A stretch of 64,000 nucleotides of DNA from Candidatus Sulfomarinibacteraceae bacterium (GTDB lineage: Bacteria; Acidobacteriota; Thermoanaerobaculia; Thermoanaerobaculales; Sulfomarinibacteraceae): contig CAWCLO010000001.1 of assembly GCA_963796455.1 (NCBI GenBank), positions 1,263,026-1,327,025 on the forward strand, in the 5' to 3' direction. The translations under genes were made by a program, and so were the position numbers. The notes beneath the pieces are model-generated. The model was given only the letters and a program-made list of their open reading frames with translations, searched no databases and was not told the DNA's origin. Each line of letters opens with the position of its first letter. Positions within the stretch are counted from its first letter, which is position 1. Below, one piece after another: positions 38,583 to 48,775 of this stretch.

Positions 38583-41500
38583 GGTTGGTCTCCTTCGAGG
38601 TTCACCCGCCGCAGCAGCTCCGGATAGCGCGGGTCGTCCCGGAGGCCATCGAACATGGGATGGACCTGGAGGTACATCAGCATCGGGTCTTTCTCGTCGA
38701 TGGCCTGCCCCACACATTCAATTGCGGCGTCCATCTCGGAGCAGGCCGCGTGCACGAGGCCAGGCGTGAGCGGACTCCGATAAGCGGCTTCACCGAGCTC
38801 GGCGTCGTCGTTCAGGAGCCTCCACGCTTCGTCTTGCTCTCCGGCCACCGCGAGTGAGACGGCCAGCGCATTGAGAACCGCTTTCGTGCGTCCGTACGAC
38901 TCAACCGCCTTCCGGCCCAAGGCCACGGCTTCGTCGAACTTGCGTTGGAAGGTCAGAGCGTAAATGAGCTCCACCTTTGCGAGCAGCTGTCCCGGATCGA
39001 GGGCGAGGCCTCGTCGGCAGGTCTCCTCCGCTTCCGCGAACCTCCGCGCACAGGTCAGGACCCGCCCTCGATTGCCGGCGTAAAGCGCCGACAGCGGATC
39101 GAGCTCGACGGCGCGATCGAGTTCGGCGAGGGCCTCGTCGAACCGTCCCCTTCCCAGCAGGCTGATCAAGCCGCGGAGCTCGTGAACCCGGGCAGACGCG
39201 GGTGCCAACTCGAGCGCTCGGCGAAAGTGACGCTCGGCCGCGAGCCAATCCCAATCCAGCACGACCGACATGATCGCCACACCCGCCTGCGCTTCTCCGT
39301 GATCCGGATCCATTTGCAACGCCCGCTCGACGAGCCCTCTCGCCTTTGCGAGTTCCACGCGAGGGTCGGCGAACATATACCCCATCATCACGTGATAGAA
39401 CGCATACTCGGTCAGTGCATCCGGGTAGTCGGGCTCGAGGGAGAGCGCCTCCTGAAGGCAGGCGAGGGCCCGCTCCGCGGCCTCGGGCGTGAACTGAAAA
39501 AAGAAATGACGGGCCTCGAGCAACGCCTCGTACGCTTTGACGTTTTTGGTCGGGCGCCTCGCCGGCACGGCCAGGTCCAGGCTGAGGTGAAGCTTGTCGA
39601 CGATCGCGCCGGCGATCTCGTCCTGAATCTCGAACACATCCGTCATCTCACGATCGAAACGTTCGCTCCAGATGGGTGAGTCGGAGGCGATATCGACAAG
39701 CTGGGCCGTGATCCGGAGTCGCTGGCCCGCCCTGCGGACGCTCCCCTCGAGCACCACGCCAACCCCAAGCGCGTCGCCGACCTTGCGCAGGTCGTGCTCG
39801 CCGCGGAAGCGGAATGCCGAGGTTCTCGCGATCACCCGCAAACCGTCGAGCCGGCTCAGCGCGTTCATGATCTCCTCGGCCATGCCCTCGCAGAGGTACT
39901 CCTGGTCCTTCGCGGGGCTCATGTCCTGAAACGGAAGCACCGCGATCGCCACGACCGAGGACTCCTTCGATCGGGTTTCCGACTCCGCCGGCTCCGGTGC
40001 CGACCCCTCGAGCCCGGCCTTTCGGAGCCCGTCCATCATGTGTTCCACGAGCTCTTGATCGAACCACTTCTCGAGCCTCTCGCGTCCCGTCTGGGAGTGG
40101 TCCGGTTTCAGCCGGAGCATTTCGGCCAGCGCCTCGCCGGCGGCACTTTCCTCCCCCAATTGCCCGTAGGCCGCGGCAAGGGCCTCGTGGGTCACGAAGA
40201 ACTTCGGCAGGTTGATCTTGAAGGCGATGGCAACAGCTTCACGGTAGTCGCCCCGGCGATACGCGTCATAGAAGAGTGGAAACCAGTACCAACCCGGATG
40301 CCGGGGATTGAGTTCGACTGCTCGCTCCACCAGGGCACACCCGCGCTCCCAGTCGCCCGCGTAGGCGAGCAGGGCTCCGAGACCGGCAAGGGTCGGGCTG
40401 TTCAGAGGATTGAGCGCGATCGAGCGGTCAGCCGCCGTCCGGAAGGCACCCAACTCCTTGCGGAAGTACATGGCCCAGGCCAGGGCGCTATGCGCCAAAG
40501 CGTTCGAAGGCGCCGAGTCGACCGCTCGCTGCGCGGCCTCGAGGGCGCGGCCGAGGGAATCCGGGCGTTGATTGTAGCCGTGGGACTGTTCGTCCACGTA
40601 GGTGAAGGCCAGCAACGCCCAGGCATCGGCCGAGCGCGGCGACTGCTTGACGGCCCGCTCCAGACAGGCTCTCACCGTGGCGTGCTCTTCGGGTGTCCGA
40701 CGGAAGCCCTGACCGAAAGCGCGCAGCACCGCCTCGTAGGGCGTCAGATCCTCAGGGTCCCTGCCGCGCAGCAACTCGCTCATGGTGTGCGGCAGCACTC
40801 CGTGGGGGTCACCGACCGTGGAGGGGATCTGCGACCCGAGCTCGTCCTGCAGCTCGAAGAGGGTCTCGGCGGTGAAGGTGCGCTCGTAATTTTCGGCCCA
40901 GAGGTGGGTCCCCGCGGTCGTGTCGACGAGCTTGACCGCGAGGCGCACCTTCGTGCCGGCCTTTCGCAGGCTCCCCTCGAGAACGTAGCGCGCTTTCGCC
41001 CCGGAGGTATCGTTCGCCATCACTCGGAGGTAGGAGAAACGCGACAGGCCGGTGACGATCTCCTCCGTCAGGCCTTCTCCCAGCGCCGAAACGTCGGCGT
41101 CATCGCCCGTGTACGTAAATGGCCGCACTGCGACCCAGAATCCTTCATCCGCTCGCTGCTCGCCGGATGCCAGATCGCCCGATGGAGCCTCAGCAGTTTC
41201 GTCCTCGTCGGCGATCTCGAGCCCCGCCTTGCGGAGCCCATCCATCAACTTCTCCACCAGATCCGGTTGGATCCACTTGCCGTGGAGCTGGCGAGCTGAC
41301 TGGCCGTAATCGGGTTTGAGGGCCAGCGTGTCCTGGAGCGATTTACGTGCCGCATCCATTTCACCCAACTGGGCGTAACACATGGCCAGCACGGCATGCT
41401 GATAGAAGCTGCCCGGAGTGTTGAGTTTGAGCGCCAGCTCCAGGGCACGACGGTAGTCTTCCTTGCGATAGGTATCGTGCCATGCCGTGTAGTGGAACAA

Positions 41501-43357
41501 CCCCGGAAGATTCGGATTCAGATCCAAGGCCCTTTCCGCCAGTTCACAGCCTCGTTCCCATTCTCCCGAATAGGCGATCAGCAATCCCATGAAGGCTGCC
41601 GTCGAACCATCCATGGGGTTGAGGGCAACGGCCCGTTCCGCCGCCGTCCGGGCTTCGGGAAACTCACGCCTGAAGAAATGAGCCTGCGCCAGCGCGTAGT
41701 GAGGCAGCGAATGGAGCGGCGCCGCCAGGACCGCCTTTCGCGCAGCCCGAAGCGCCTTGTCGAAATACTCCGGTTCCCGGTTGTCCCAGTGCCCGAACTC
41801 GTTGGAGTACATCACCGACAGCATCGCCCAGCAGTCGGCCTTTCCGGGAGATTGTTCGACCGCTCGCTCGAGACAGGACCGCGCCTCGGCGAGCGCTTCA
41901 GGAGTGAAACGCTCGTTGTAACCGAAGCTGTGGAGCAACGCTTCATACGGGGTCAGTTGATCGGCGGGCTTCAACGCCACGGTTTCACTCATACGGCGCG
42001 GCAGGATGCCGTGCATGTCCGCGACCGTCGAGACGATGCGCGGAACCAGTTCGTCCTGGAGATCGAACAGCGCCTCCGGGCTGAAGGTGCGGTCGTAGGA
42101 TTCGGCCCAGAGGTGGGCGCCGGTTGCCGCTTCGACGAGCTGCACCGCGATTCGCAGCCGGTCACCGGCCTGCCGAAGGCTGCCTTCCATCACATAGCTC
42201 GCATCGGATTCACCGCGGACCGAGGCCGCGCCGGACTCCGCGTCGGATGGGGCGGCGCCTCGCGAGACCACGCGAAGATAGGAAAAGCGCGACAGACCGG
42301 TGGCGATGTCTTCCGAGAGACCCTCGGCCAGGACCGTCAGACCGGTGTCGCCACCGGTGTGTTTGAACGGCAACACCGCGACCCAGAAGCCCTCGTCGCG
42401 TGGTATCGACCCGGAGGCCGACAGAGTTGAAACAGCACCGGCTGAGTCGGGTGAAGGTCGGAGGTTCGCATCCTCGATCCTCGGCTGCGGCGGCACCACC
42501 GTCGCCGATGAGGCCTCACGCTGGAGCGCCTTCAACTCGTTAAATACGTCCCGCGCAGTCTGATACCGGTCGCGGCGTTTCTTCTCGAGGCAGCGGCCGA
42601 TGATCCGGCCGAGGTGGCGGGGCATATCGGAGCGCAGCTCGACCACCGGCGTCGGCACATCCTTGAGGATCGAGGACATCAGCGCCGGCGAGCTCTTGCC
42701 CTGAAAGGGTCGTTCGCCGATTGCCATCTCATACAAGAGCACGCCGAGCGAAAAGATGTCGGTCCGGTGGTCGACGATTTCGCCCTCGATCTGTTCCGGC
42801 GACATATAGGGCATGGTGCCCACCACCATGCCGATTCCCGTCAGCGCCTCGGTCGGAAGCTCGGTGGAATCGGATACATCGCCGACCTCGTGCAGTTTGG
42901 CCAGCCCGAAGTCCAATACCTTGAGCCGGCCGTCGCCGTCGACCATCACGTTCGGGGGTTTGAGGTCGCGGTGGATAACGCTCTTGGCGTGCGCCGCCGA
43001 GATCGCCTCGGCCAGGGGCACCGCAAGATCGAAAAAGAGCCCGAGCTCCATCCCACCTTCGGGGATCAGTTTATCCAGGCTCCGGCCCTCGATGAGTTCC
43101 ATGGTCAGGAAGCGAATACCCTCCGCCTCCTCCACCGAGTGGATCGTGACGATGTGCGGGTGGTTGAGCGAGGCCACCGCCCGCGCTTCGCGCTCGAAGC
43201 GATCGAGCCGCTGCGGGTCGTCGACAAACTCCTCAGGCAGCACCTTGAGCGCCACCTCGCGGCCGAGCTTGGAATCGGTGGCGCGCCACACCTCACCCAT
43301 CCCACCGGCGCCGAGCGCCGCGGTGATCTGGTAGTGAGCGAGCTTCTGACCGATCAC
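38579..43357 (-). CDS. K7: Ser/Thr kinase plus three TolB_N-like/TPR modules (1592 aa, intact)
   Basis: Hanks motifs (HRDLKPPN, DFG); modules begin FWVAVLPF, FWVAVRPF and IAVLPFQDMS, each followed by TPRs; no TM segment seen. Confidence 0.9.
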   Translation of the reverse strand: MIGQKLAHYQITAALGAGGMGEVWRATDSKLGREVALKVLPEEFVDDPQRLDRFEREARAVASLNHPHIVTIHSVEEAEGIRFLTMELIEGRSLDKLIPEGGMELGLFFDLAVPLAEAISAAHAKSVIHRDLKPPNVMVDGDGRLKVLDFGLAKLHEVGDVSDSTELPTEALTGIGMVVGTMPYMSPEQIEGEIVDHRTDIFSLGVLLYEMAIGERPFQGKSSPALMSSILKDVPTPVVELRSDMPRHLGRIIGRCLEKKRRDRYQTARDVFNELKALQREASSATVVPPQPRIEDANLRPSPDSAGAVSTLSASGSIPRDEGFWVAVLPFKHTGGDTGLTVLAEGLSEDIATGLSRFSYLRVVSRGAAPSDAESGAASVRGESDASYVMEGSLRQAGDRLRIAVQLVEAATGAHLWAESYDRTFSPEALFDLQDELVPRIVSTVADMHGILPRRMSETVALKPADQLTPYEALLHSFGYNERFTPEALAEARSCLERAVEQSPGKADCWAMLSVMYSNEFGHWDNREPEYFDKALRAARKAVLAAPLHSLPHYALAQAHFFRREFPEARTAAERAVALNPMDGSTAAFMGLLIAYSGEWERGCELAERALDLNPNLPGLFHYTAWHDTYRKEDYRRALELALKLNTPGSFYQHAVLAMCYAQLGEMDAARKSLQDTLALKPDYGQSARQLHGKWIQPDLVEKLMDGLRKAGLEIADEDETAEAPSGDLASGEQRADEGFWVAVRPFTYTGDDADVSALGEGLTEEIVTGLSRFSYLRVMANDTSGAKARYVLEGSLRKAGTKVRLAVKLVDTTAGTHLWAENYERTFTAETLFELQDELGSQIPSTVGDPHGVLPHTMSELLRGRDPEDLTPYEAVLRAFGQGFRRTPEEHATVRACLERAVKQSPRSADAWALLAFTYVDEQSHGYNQRPDSLGRALEAAQRAVDSAPSNALAHSALAWAMYFRKELGAFRTAADRSIALNPLNSPTLAGLGALLAYAGDWERGCALVERAVELNPRHPGWYWFPLFYDAYRRGDYREAVAIAFKINLPKFFVTHEALAAAYGQLGEESAAGEALAEMLRLKPDHSQTGRERLEKWFDQELVEHMMDGLRKAGLEGSAPEPAESETRSKESSVVAIAVLPFQDMSPAKDQEYLCEGMAEEIMNALSRLDGLRVIARTSAFRFRGEHDLRKVGDALGVGVVLEGSVRRAGQRLRITAQLVDIASDSPIWSERFDREMTDVFEIQDEIAGAIVDKLHLSLDLAVPARRPTKNVKAYEALLEARHFFFQFTPEAAERALACLQEALSLEPDYPDALTEYAFYHVMMGYMFADPRVELAKARGLVERALQMDPDHGEAQAGVAIMSVVLDWDWLAAERHFRRALELAPASARVHELRGLISLLGRGRFDEALAELDRAVELDPLSALYAGNRGRVLTCARRFAEAEETCRRGLALDPGQLLAKVELIYALTFQRKFDEAVALGRKAVESYGRTKAVLNALAVSLAVAGEQDEAWRLLNDDAELGEAAYRSPLTPGLVHAACSEMDAAIECVGQAIDEKDPMLMYLQVHPMFDGLRDDPRYPELLRRVNLEGDQP

Positions 43358-46098
43358 CGGGTGCCTCCTCTCCCCGCCAGTTCCTCGAGCTCGACGAACC
43401 AGTCGCTGACGAGCACCACCGGTCGCTCATCGGTATACGACATGGACGGCCGGTTGACGAGGATTCGGTCGCCGTCACGGGACAAATCGAAGGAAAAGCC
43501 TGCGGCGTCATGCGCGTCCAGAGTCATCAACAGGCGTTCGGTCCCTGGTTGAAACTCGGGCTCCGTTTCGAACGGCACGCTCATGAGCCGGCGTCCGCCG
43601 ACCCGGTAGAGGATCTCGTTCCTGCTGGGCGACCAGCGTGCGTCGTAGCCGCCGCGCGCGGAAATGGTCCATTCCCGACCGGCAACGTCGGGAAACGGTC
43701 GCACGTAGATTGCATAGTGCCCGGCCTTGTTGGAGTGATAGATCATGAATCTCCCATCGGGTGAGAACGAAGGGATGATCTCGTTGGCCGGGGTGCGGAT
43801 GAGCGGCTGAGGCGGGTCGCTGCCGTCGAGCGTTATCAGCCAGACATCGGCGCCCGTCTCGAAATCTCCCCAGGTTCCCACCAGCAGATGGCGGCCGTCG
43901 GGCGAGGCGTCGTACGGCATGAGTGAAATGTTCCCGACTCGTTCGAGGCCGTCAGAGGTGAGCAACGGCACTTCGCCCCCGCTGCCATCCACCGGCCGTC
44001 GCATGATCGTGGCGGTACCATCGCGGAAGGCCTGATAGAAGAGCTCGCGACCATCGTGAGACCAGGCGGGGTAGCGGCTGGTACCCTCGAAGGTCACGCG
44101 GGTCAAGGTTTCGCGGGCAAAGTCGTAGACGTGAATCTGGTCGCTCTCCTCCGCCACCTGAATCGCGAGCTTGGAACCATCCGGCGACAGCTGATAGGTG
44201 CCGTGGACATTGCGCTCCACCGACAACGGTTCGTCGGCTCCGTCTCGATCGATCCAGGTCGGTACGGTCGCCGCGTAGTCACCGCCGCGAAGGTAGACCA
44301 GGGAGCCGTCGGCGGCCACGTCGTAAAGGGCGGTGCCCCACACCGAATCGGTCGCGACGCTCTCGGAGACCTGCACCTCGGACCCGGTCACCTCAAGGCG
44401 CTCGAGATCGAAAGGCGCGGCCAGGAGCATCCCCTGGCGCACGAAGACCAGGTGACCACTCGCCACATAACGGGGAGCGTAGCCGTCGTCGATCACCTTC
44501 TTGACAGAGCCATCTGCGAGCACCACGGAGATCACGGCCAGATCCCTACGACCCGACGCCGCACTGCCGGAGGAGTGGTTCACCAGCACCCCGCGACCAC
44601 CGGGGAGGGCGTGCGGACCGAACGCATCCTCCAACTTGAGATTCTCCGGTTCGCCGCCGCCCTCGGGCACCCGCGCCAGCCGGCTCTCGCCGTGGGTGAA
44701 GTAGATCCAGCCGTCGTCGGACCAGGTTCCACCCAGGGTCACCCCTGCTTCGCAGATCATGCTCGACGGCCCACCGTCCACCGGGACCTTGCGAAGCTCG
44801 TCCTGGTCAAAAAAGGCCAACCACCTGCCGTCGGGTGAAAAGAAGGGGAAGGAACCGCCTTCTGTGTCCGGGATCAGCGTCGACTCGAGGGAGTCGAGCC
44901 GCCGCAACTCGAGAAGGCCCTCGCCTCCGTAACCCTGCCCCAGGACGACCGCGTCGCCATCTGGTGAAATGGCTATTCCGAGCACGTCCCGCGACCCACC
45001 GATTGGGGCCGGGATCAGAATCGAACGGCGAACGGCGCGATCGGCGGAGCCAATGACCGCGTTCGGGCTCGCGATAGCCCCGTCGAGCATGAGACCGATC
45101 ACGACTCCCGCTGCTGCGCACACCAGGGCCGCGAGCACCCAAACGGGTCGGAACCGTGCGGCATGGGGGATCTTCGAATCCTCGTGGCCGTCTTCCGCGT
45201 TCGAAAGCTCGAGCCGTACATCGCCCATGTCACGCTGCCGCAGCTTCGGGTCTCGCCGCAGGCAGCGGCCGATCAGCCTCCTGACGTGCGGCGGGGTCTC
45301 GGGCGGCAGCGCGTCGAGATCCGGGTCTTTGGTGAGGATCGCGGCCATGACATCGGACACCGTCTCGCCCTGGAAGAGTCTGCGCGCGGTCAGCATCTCC
45401 CAAAGCACCACACCAAATGCCCAGATGTCAGCCCGCCGGTCCACCTTCTTTCCGCGCGCCTGCTCCGGGCTCATGTAGGCGGCGGTTCCGAGAATCACGC
45501 CTTCGAGGGTCGCGTGCTGGGTGAGCGTCGGCGAGAACGACGAGCTGACGTCGCCCCCCTCGGTTTCCCACGCCTTGGCGAGCCCGAAGTCGAGCACCTT
45601 GACCGTGCCGTCTTCGGCGAGCTTGATGTTGGCGGGTTTGAGATCGCGGTGGACGATGCCCTGCTCGTGCGCCGCCTCCAGGGCCTCCGCAATCTGCAGG
45701 GCGATCGGTATTGCCTCGTCAATCGGGATTGCTCCGCGGGCGATCCGCTCCGACAGATCCTCGCCTTCGACAAGCTCCATCACCAAAAAGATGATCTCGG
45801 GTGCGGCTTCGTCTGAGGTCAGTTTTGAGTTTTGAGTTTTGAGTTTTGAGTTGCCGTCGTTCGCAACCGTTTCCAGGCCATAGAGGTGGGCAATGTTGGG
45901 GTGGTTGAGGCTCGCCAGCACCTTCGCTTCACGGTCGAACCTGGCCAGGCGAGCCGGATCGGCAGCGAAATCCGCAGGAAGTACCTTGAGCGCCACCTCG
46001 CGGCCGAGCTTGGTATCGGTGGCGCGCCACACCTCCCCCATCCCGCCGGCGCCGAGAGCCGCGGTGATGCGGTAGTGGGCCAGGGTCGTGCCGATCAC
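43354..46098 (-). CDS. K6: Ser/Thr kinase - TM - PD40 beta-propeller
   Basis: GTG at 46098 after an AAGGAG RBS; Hanks motifs, TM segment, SPDG repeats. Confidence 0.9.
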   Translation of the reverse strand: MIGTTLAHYRITAALGAGGMGEVWRATDTKLGREVALKVLPADFAADPARLARFDREAKVLASLNHPNIAHLYGLETVANDGNSKLKTQNSKLTSDEAAPEIIFLVMELVEGEDLSERIARGAIPIDEAIPIALQIAEALEAAHEQGIVHRDLKPANIKLAEDGTVKVLDFGLAKAWETEGGDVSSSFSPTLTQHATLEGVILGTAAYMSPEQARGKKVDRRADIWAFGVVLWEMLTARRLFQGETVSDVMAAILTKDPDLDALPPETPPHVRRLIGRCLRRDPKLRQRDMGDVRLELSNAEDGHEDSKIPHAARFRPVWVLAALVCAAAGVVIGLMLDGAIASPNAVIGSADRAVRRSILIPAPIGGSRDVLGIAISPDGDAVVLGQGYGGEGLLELRRLDSLESTLIPDTEGGSFPFFSPDGRWLAFFDQDELRKVPVDGGPSSMICEAGVTLGGTWSDDGWIYFTHGESRLARVPEGGGEPENLKLEDAFGPHALPGGRGVLVNHSSGSAASGRRDLAVISVVLADGSVKKVIDDGYAPRYVASGHLVFVRQGMLLAAPFDLERLEVTGSEVQVSESVATDSVWGTALYDVAADGSLVYLRGGDYAATVPTWIDRDGADEPLSVERNVHGTYQLSPDGSKLAIQVAEESDQIHVYDFARETLTRVTFEGTSRYPAWSHDGRELFYQAFRDGTATIMRRPVDGSGGEVPLLTSDGLERVGNISLMPYDASPDGRHLLVGTWGDFETGADVWLITLDGSDPPQPLIRTPANEIIPSFSPDGRFMIYHSNKAGHYAIYVRPFPDVAGREWTISARGGYDARWSPSRNEILYRVGGRRLMSVPFETEPEFQPGTERLLMTLDAHDAAGFSFDLSRDGDRILVNRPSMSYTDERPVVLVSDWFVELEELAGRGGTR
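45821..45852 (-). repeat. Intragenic (CTCAAAA)n heptamer repeat in K6
   Basis: AGTTTTG x4 plus AGTT. Confidence 0.9.
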
Positions 46099-46120
46099 GG
46101 TTGGTCTCCTTCCACGCGTT

Positions 46121-48756
46121 TCACCGCACTCCCTCGACCACGTAGAGGGCGCCCACCGCGCGTTCGAGGGCGTAGGCGTAGGACTTCTCGTCCGCCGAGA
46201 CGGAAACCCCGTAGACGGCCTGCGCGCCGACGAGATCCGCGGGCGCCAGCTCCCGAACCAGCGCTTTCCGGCCGGTCGAGAGGTCGAGACGCTCGATGCG
46301 GGAAGGGATTTCCATCGGGCGGTAGATGAGCAGGGAGCGGTCGTCCGCTCCCCAGTTGACGAGGTAGTCGCCGTCGACAAGCCCCGGCACGGGCGTCGGC
46401 TCGCTCCCGTCCAGCGGGTAGAGTTGGTAGAGGCCGTCGGTGTCCCGGGCCACCACGGTCGTACCGTCCGGGGAAACGAGCCCGTGATCGGTGCCTTCGG
46501 GGGTGATGGGGCGAGCGGCGCCGCCAGCGAGATCCCGCTCGTAGCAGCGGGAGGCCTTGCCGGTCTCGCTGCCGCAGAACGCCACCCCGCGCCCGTCCTC
46601 GAGAAACCGCATCGAGGCATAGTCGTAAGTCGCAAAGCCGGCGACCGAGATGTCGCGAGGCTCGCCGGCTCCGGTCGGGTAGACCATCAGCCGCGGAGGC
46701 TCGGACATGACGACCACCGCCACCAGGGTCCCGTCGGGGGACAGGTCCGCGCCGACCCCCTCTCCGAGCCGGACCGGGGGCGAATCGTCGGCGGGTTGGA
46801 GGTACACCGAGTAGTAGGGGCCCGCCAACCGCGACTGATCCGTAAAGATGAGGCTGCGACCGTCCCGCGACATCACCGGGAAGAAGGTCCTCTCGGACGA
46901 CGGTAGAGTGCGTTCGGCCGGGGCGCCGAGGAATCGTGCGACGATGCTGGCCCGTTGGTTGGAGGTCGTGACGAGAAGCCTCCCGTCTGCGGTCATGTCG
47001 CAGATGGAGAGTCCGGTGGAATCGCTCAGCACATTCCGGATCGTTCCATCCAGGGAGAGCTCGCGGATCGAGTAGTTGGCGTTTTCGTCCGACGCCCCGA
47101 AGAGGACCGATTCGCCGTCTTCCGTCCACGCGAGCCCTTCCTCCCCCGGGTATTCGGGCGACTTTGCCACCACCGCACCGCTGCGATCGACGACGACGAC
47201 CGGGCCCCGATTGTCCCACTCGAACGCGTGGTACATGAAGGCGATGATGTCGCCCTTCGGCGAGATGCGCACATCGCTGAGATAACCCTTCGATTCCGCG
47301 AGGACCGTGCCGATCGGGTACTCGAGGCGGCTGCTCCCCTGGACCTGCCGGATGATCGCGAGCTCGCTGCCGTCCGGAGACCAGTCGGCCGCAGTGACAT
47401 CGTTCAGGATCTCGCGCGGCGACGCCTCCGCGAGGGGCATCCGGGCGAGCGTTCCGATGTAGGACCGGTGCGAGCGGAACCGGGTCCGGGTGAGGACCGC
47501 GAGCTCCCCGGTCGCGGAGACCGCGAGGAGCTGGACGTTGGCGCCACCCAGCCGACGGGGCTGCGGGTCTCCGGGGTCGCGCACGAAAAGCTCGGACGTG
47601 TTGCCCTGAAGCGCCGCGCTGAAAACCACCGTCCGGCCGTCCGGGGCGAAGCGCGCGCTGGTGACCCACTGCGGAGTGAACGTGAGCTTGTCGAACCGCG
47701 GAGGGGCCTGGCGGAAATTGAATTGCCGCCACAGTAGAAAGCCCAGCGCGATGGCAACGGCGATGGCGATACACGCCGTCGCCCAGGCCAGGCGGCCGGT
47801 TGCCCGTCCGGCGTCGGACGGCGCGGCGCCAAGCTCGACGTCGGCCGCCGGTCCGGCATCGAGGTCGAGAGCGACGTCTCCGATGTCCCGGTACCTCCGG
47901 CGCGGGTTCTTCTCGAGGCACCGCTCGAGCAGGCGGCGGGTGGCGGGCCCGACGTTCTTCGGCAGGGCCTTCCACTCTGGGTCGTTTTTGAGCACAGCCG
48001 CCAACACGTCGCTCACCGTCTCGCCCTCGAACAGCCGCCGGCCCGAAAGCATCTCGAAGAGCACCACGCCGAAGGCCCAGATGTCCGCCCGCTTGTCGAC
48101 GGGTTTGGCTCGCGCCTGCTCCGGCGACATGTAGGCGGCGGTGCCGAGAATCACGCCTTCGATGGTGGCGTGCCGGGTGAGCGTGGGCGACAGCGACGAG
48201 TTCATGTCGCCACCCTCCGTCTCCCAGGCCTTGGCGAGCCCGAAGTCGAGAACCTTGACCGTACCGTCTTCGGTGAGCTTGATGTTGGCGGGTTTGAGAT
48301 CGCGGTGGACGATGCCGGCCTCGTGCGCCGCCTCCAGGGCCTCCGCAATCTGCAGGGCGATCGGTATTGCCTCGTCAATCGGGATTGCTCCGCGCGCGAT
48401 CCGCTCCGACAGATCCTCGCCTTCGACAAGCTCCATCACCAGAAAGAGATGATCTCGGGTGCGGCTTCGTCTGAGGTCAGTTTTGAGTTTTGAGTTTTGA
48501 GTTTCGAGTTGCCGTCGTTCGCAACCGTTTCCAGGCCATAGAGGTGGGCAATGTTGGGGTGGTTGAGGCTCGCCAGCACCTTCGCTTCACGGTCGAACCT
48601 GGCCAGGCGAGCCGGATCGGCAGCGAAATCCGCAGGAAGCACCTTGAGCGCCACATCGCGGCCGAGCTTGGTATCGGTGGCACGCCACACCTCTCCCATC
48701 CCACCGGCGCCGAGCGCCGCGGTGATGCGGTAGTGAGCGAGGGTCGTGCCGATCAT
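46121..48756 (-). CDS. K5: Ser/Thr kinase - TM - PD40 beta-propeller; 2-bp frameshift near 48445
   Basis: ORFs 48436..48756 and 46121..48439 join if an extra TC in GAG ATC ATC TC TTT CTG GTG ATG is removed (compare paralogues K6, K9, K10). Confidence 0.85.
48479..48510 (-). repeat. Intragenic (CTCAAAA)n heptamer repeat in K5
   Basis: AGTTTTG x3, AGTTTCG, then AGTT. Confidence 0.9.
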
Positions 48757-48775
48757 GTCGATGTCTTTGCCAACC

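Noticed and set aside
46095..47975. 626-aa alternative-frame ORF overlapping K5
   Set aside because: Arg/Pro/Gly-rich off-frame translation with no motifs; only its last codons are informative (see the junction finding).
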